From: Somniosus microcephalus
Lineage: Eukaryota
NCBI GenBank assembly: GCA_052327205.1
Contig: JBMRGM010000040.1
Span: 35,836,001-35,900,000, forward strand
DNA: 64,000 nucleotides
Direction: 5' to 3'
Shown one piece after another: positions 63,300 to 64,000 of the stretch. A program made the translations under genes and the position numbers. Positions within the stretch are counted from its first letter, which is position 1. Each line of letters opens with the position of its first letter. The notes below the pieces were generated by a model. It ran no database searches. It was not told where the DNA came from and saw only the letters and a program-made list of their open reading frames with translations.

Positions 63300-64000
63300 A
63301 AATCTGAGTTAATTGTAATTTGAAACTATGCAGAACTTTGGTGGATTAATCACGAATCCAAATGCCGTTTAATGCTGTATCTCCAGCCTTTGTACCACTG
63401 ACTGGCAGATTCTGACAACCTCTCAACAAACGGCTACTGTCAAACATTCTGATTCTCAAGTGAAATAAACTTTCCTCACTTACCTTTCAGGTGACTGGGT
63501 ACTTCGGATAAACCTTGTCCGATGTTCATGCAAACAAATGGGTCACAACCTGTTGAAATCAATGACCTTTCATGAAATCAGATCTGTGTGATATTATAGT
63601 AAACTCTGCAGTGTTTGAATCTGAATTTGCATTCCATGTGTGATGTTACCGTACCATGTTCCTCTATTTCTTTCAGTATTTTGTCCAGCTTTGGTAACCT
63701 GTGGTGCATTTTCATCAAGGATTCCCACATCACCCTTCGGGCCCCAGAGCCTTTCTCCATCACCAAAGTTAGGAGAAGTTTGGAACTGTCTGCCCGGTTT
63801 CCCTCCTCCGCGAGCTCAGTGACTTTCTGTAAAGAATAGTAATGAATCTATTGAGGTGCGGAGTCAAAGACAAGCACTGATAATGAGATGGAAAGGGTCT
63901 GCATAGTGATGGGATCTCCCCATTGTTCTGAGCACAGAAGGTAATCACTGGGACGGGTACTGATCCATTTTGAACAAGAGCTAAATATTCTGTAAACATC
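63300..64000 (-). mobile_element. Very degraded Gypsy-like RT fragment
   Basis: NNGEI...LC and HHRLPKLDKILKEIEEHGTV...ECKF resemble the Gypsy RT KNGxIRLC and HxxRLxxVLxRLEEHGLTLNxEKCKF motifs. Confidence 0.4.

Overview
Eukaryotic, repeat-dominated window, most likely from a shark or ray (inferred from an HE1-type V-SINE, CR1/HER1-type LINEs and a chondrichthyan-style GPR139-like receptor). There is one credible host gene: a two-exon class A GPCR on the minus strand (15098-15029 + 12774-11870, 324 aa). The rest is nested mobile DNA and satellites. These include a sushi/PEG10-like chromoviral Gypsy (471-5438), a PNMA-like Gypsy (28578-40185) interrupted by a near-full-length CR1 LINE (31312-36378), a third Gypsy with chimeric LTRs (41860-46957), BEL/Pao, Harbinger, Penelope and L2 remnants, an 18-bp satellite and a ~16 kb 39-bp satellite. 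Main observations: (i) the CR1 has 12.5 near-identical 71-bp TATA-containing 5' monomers and a U_UUA_AAC slippery site exactly at its ORF1/ORF2 overlap, suggesting -1 frameshifting in a LINE; (ii) the sushi element has an 11-nt self-priming signal instead of a tRNA PBS; (iii) an LTR-mediated recombination breakpoint appears to join two different satellites; (iv) there is a possible degraded env-bearing retroviral remnant at ~19.9-21.4 kb. All calls were made by eye; no database searches were run.
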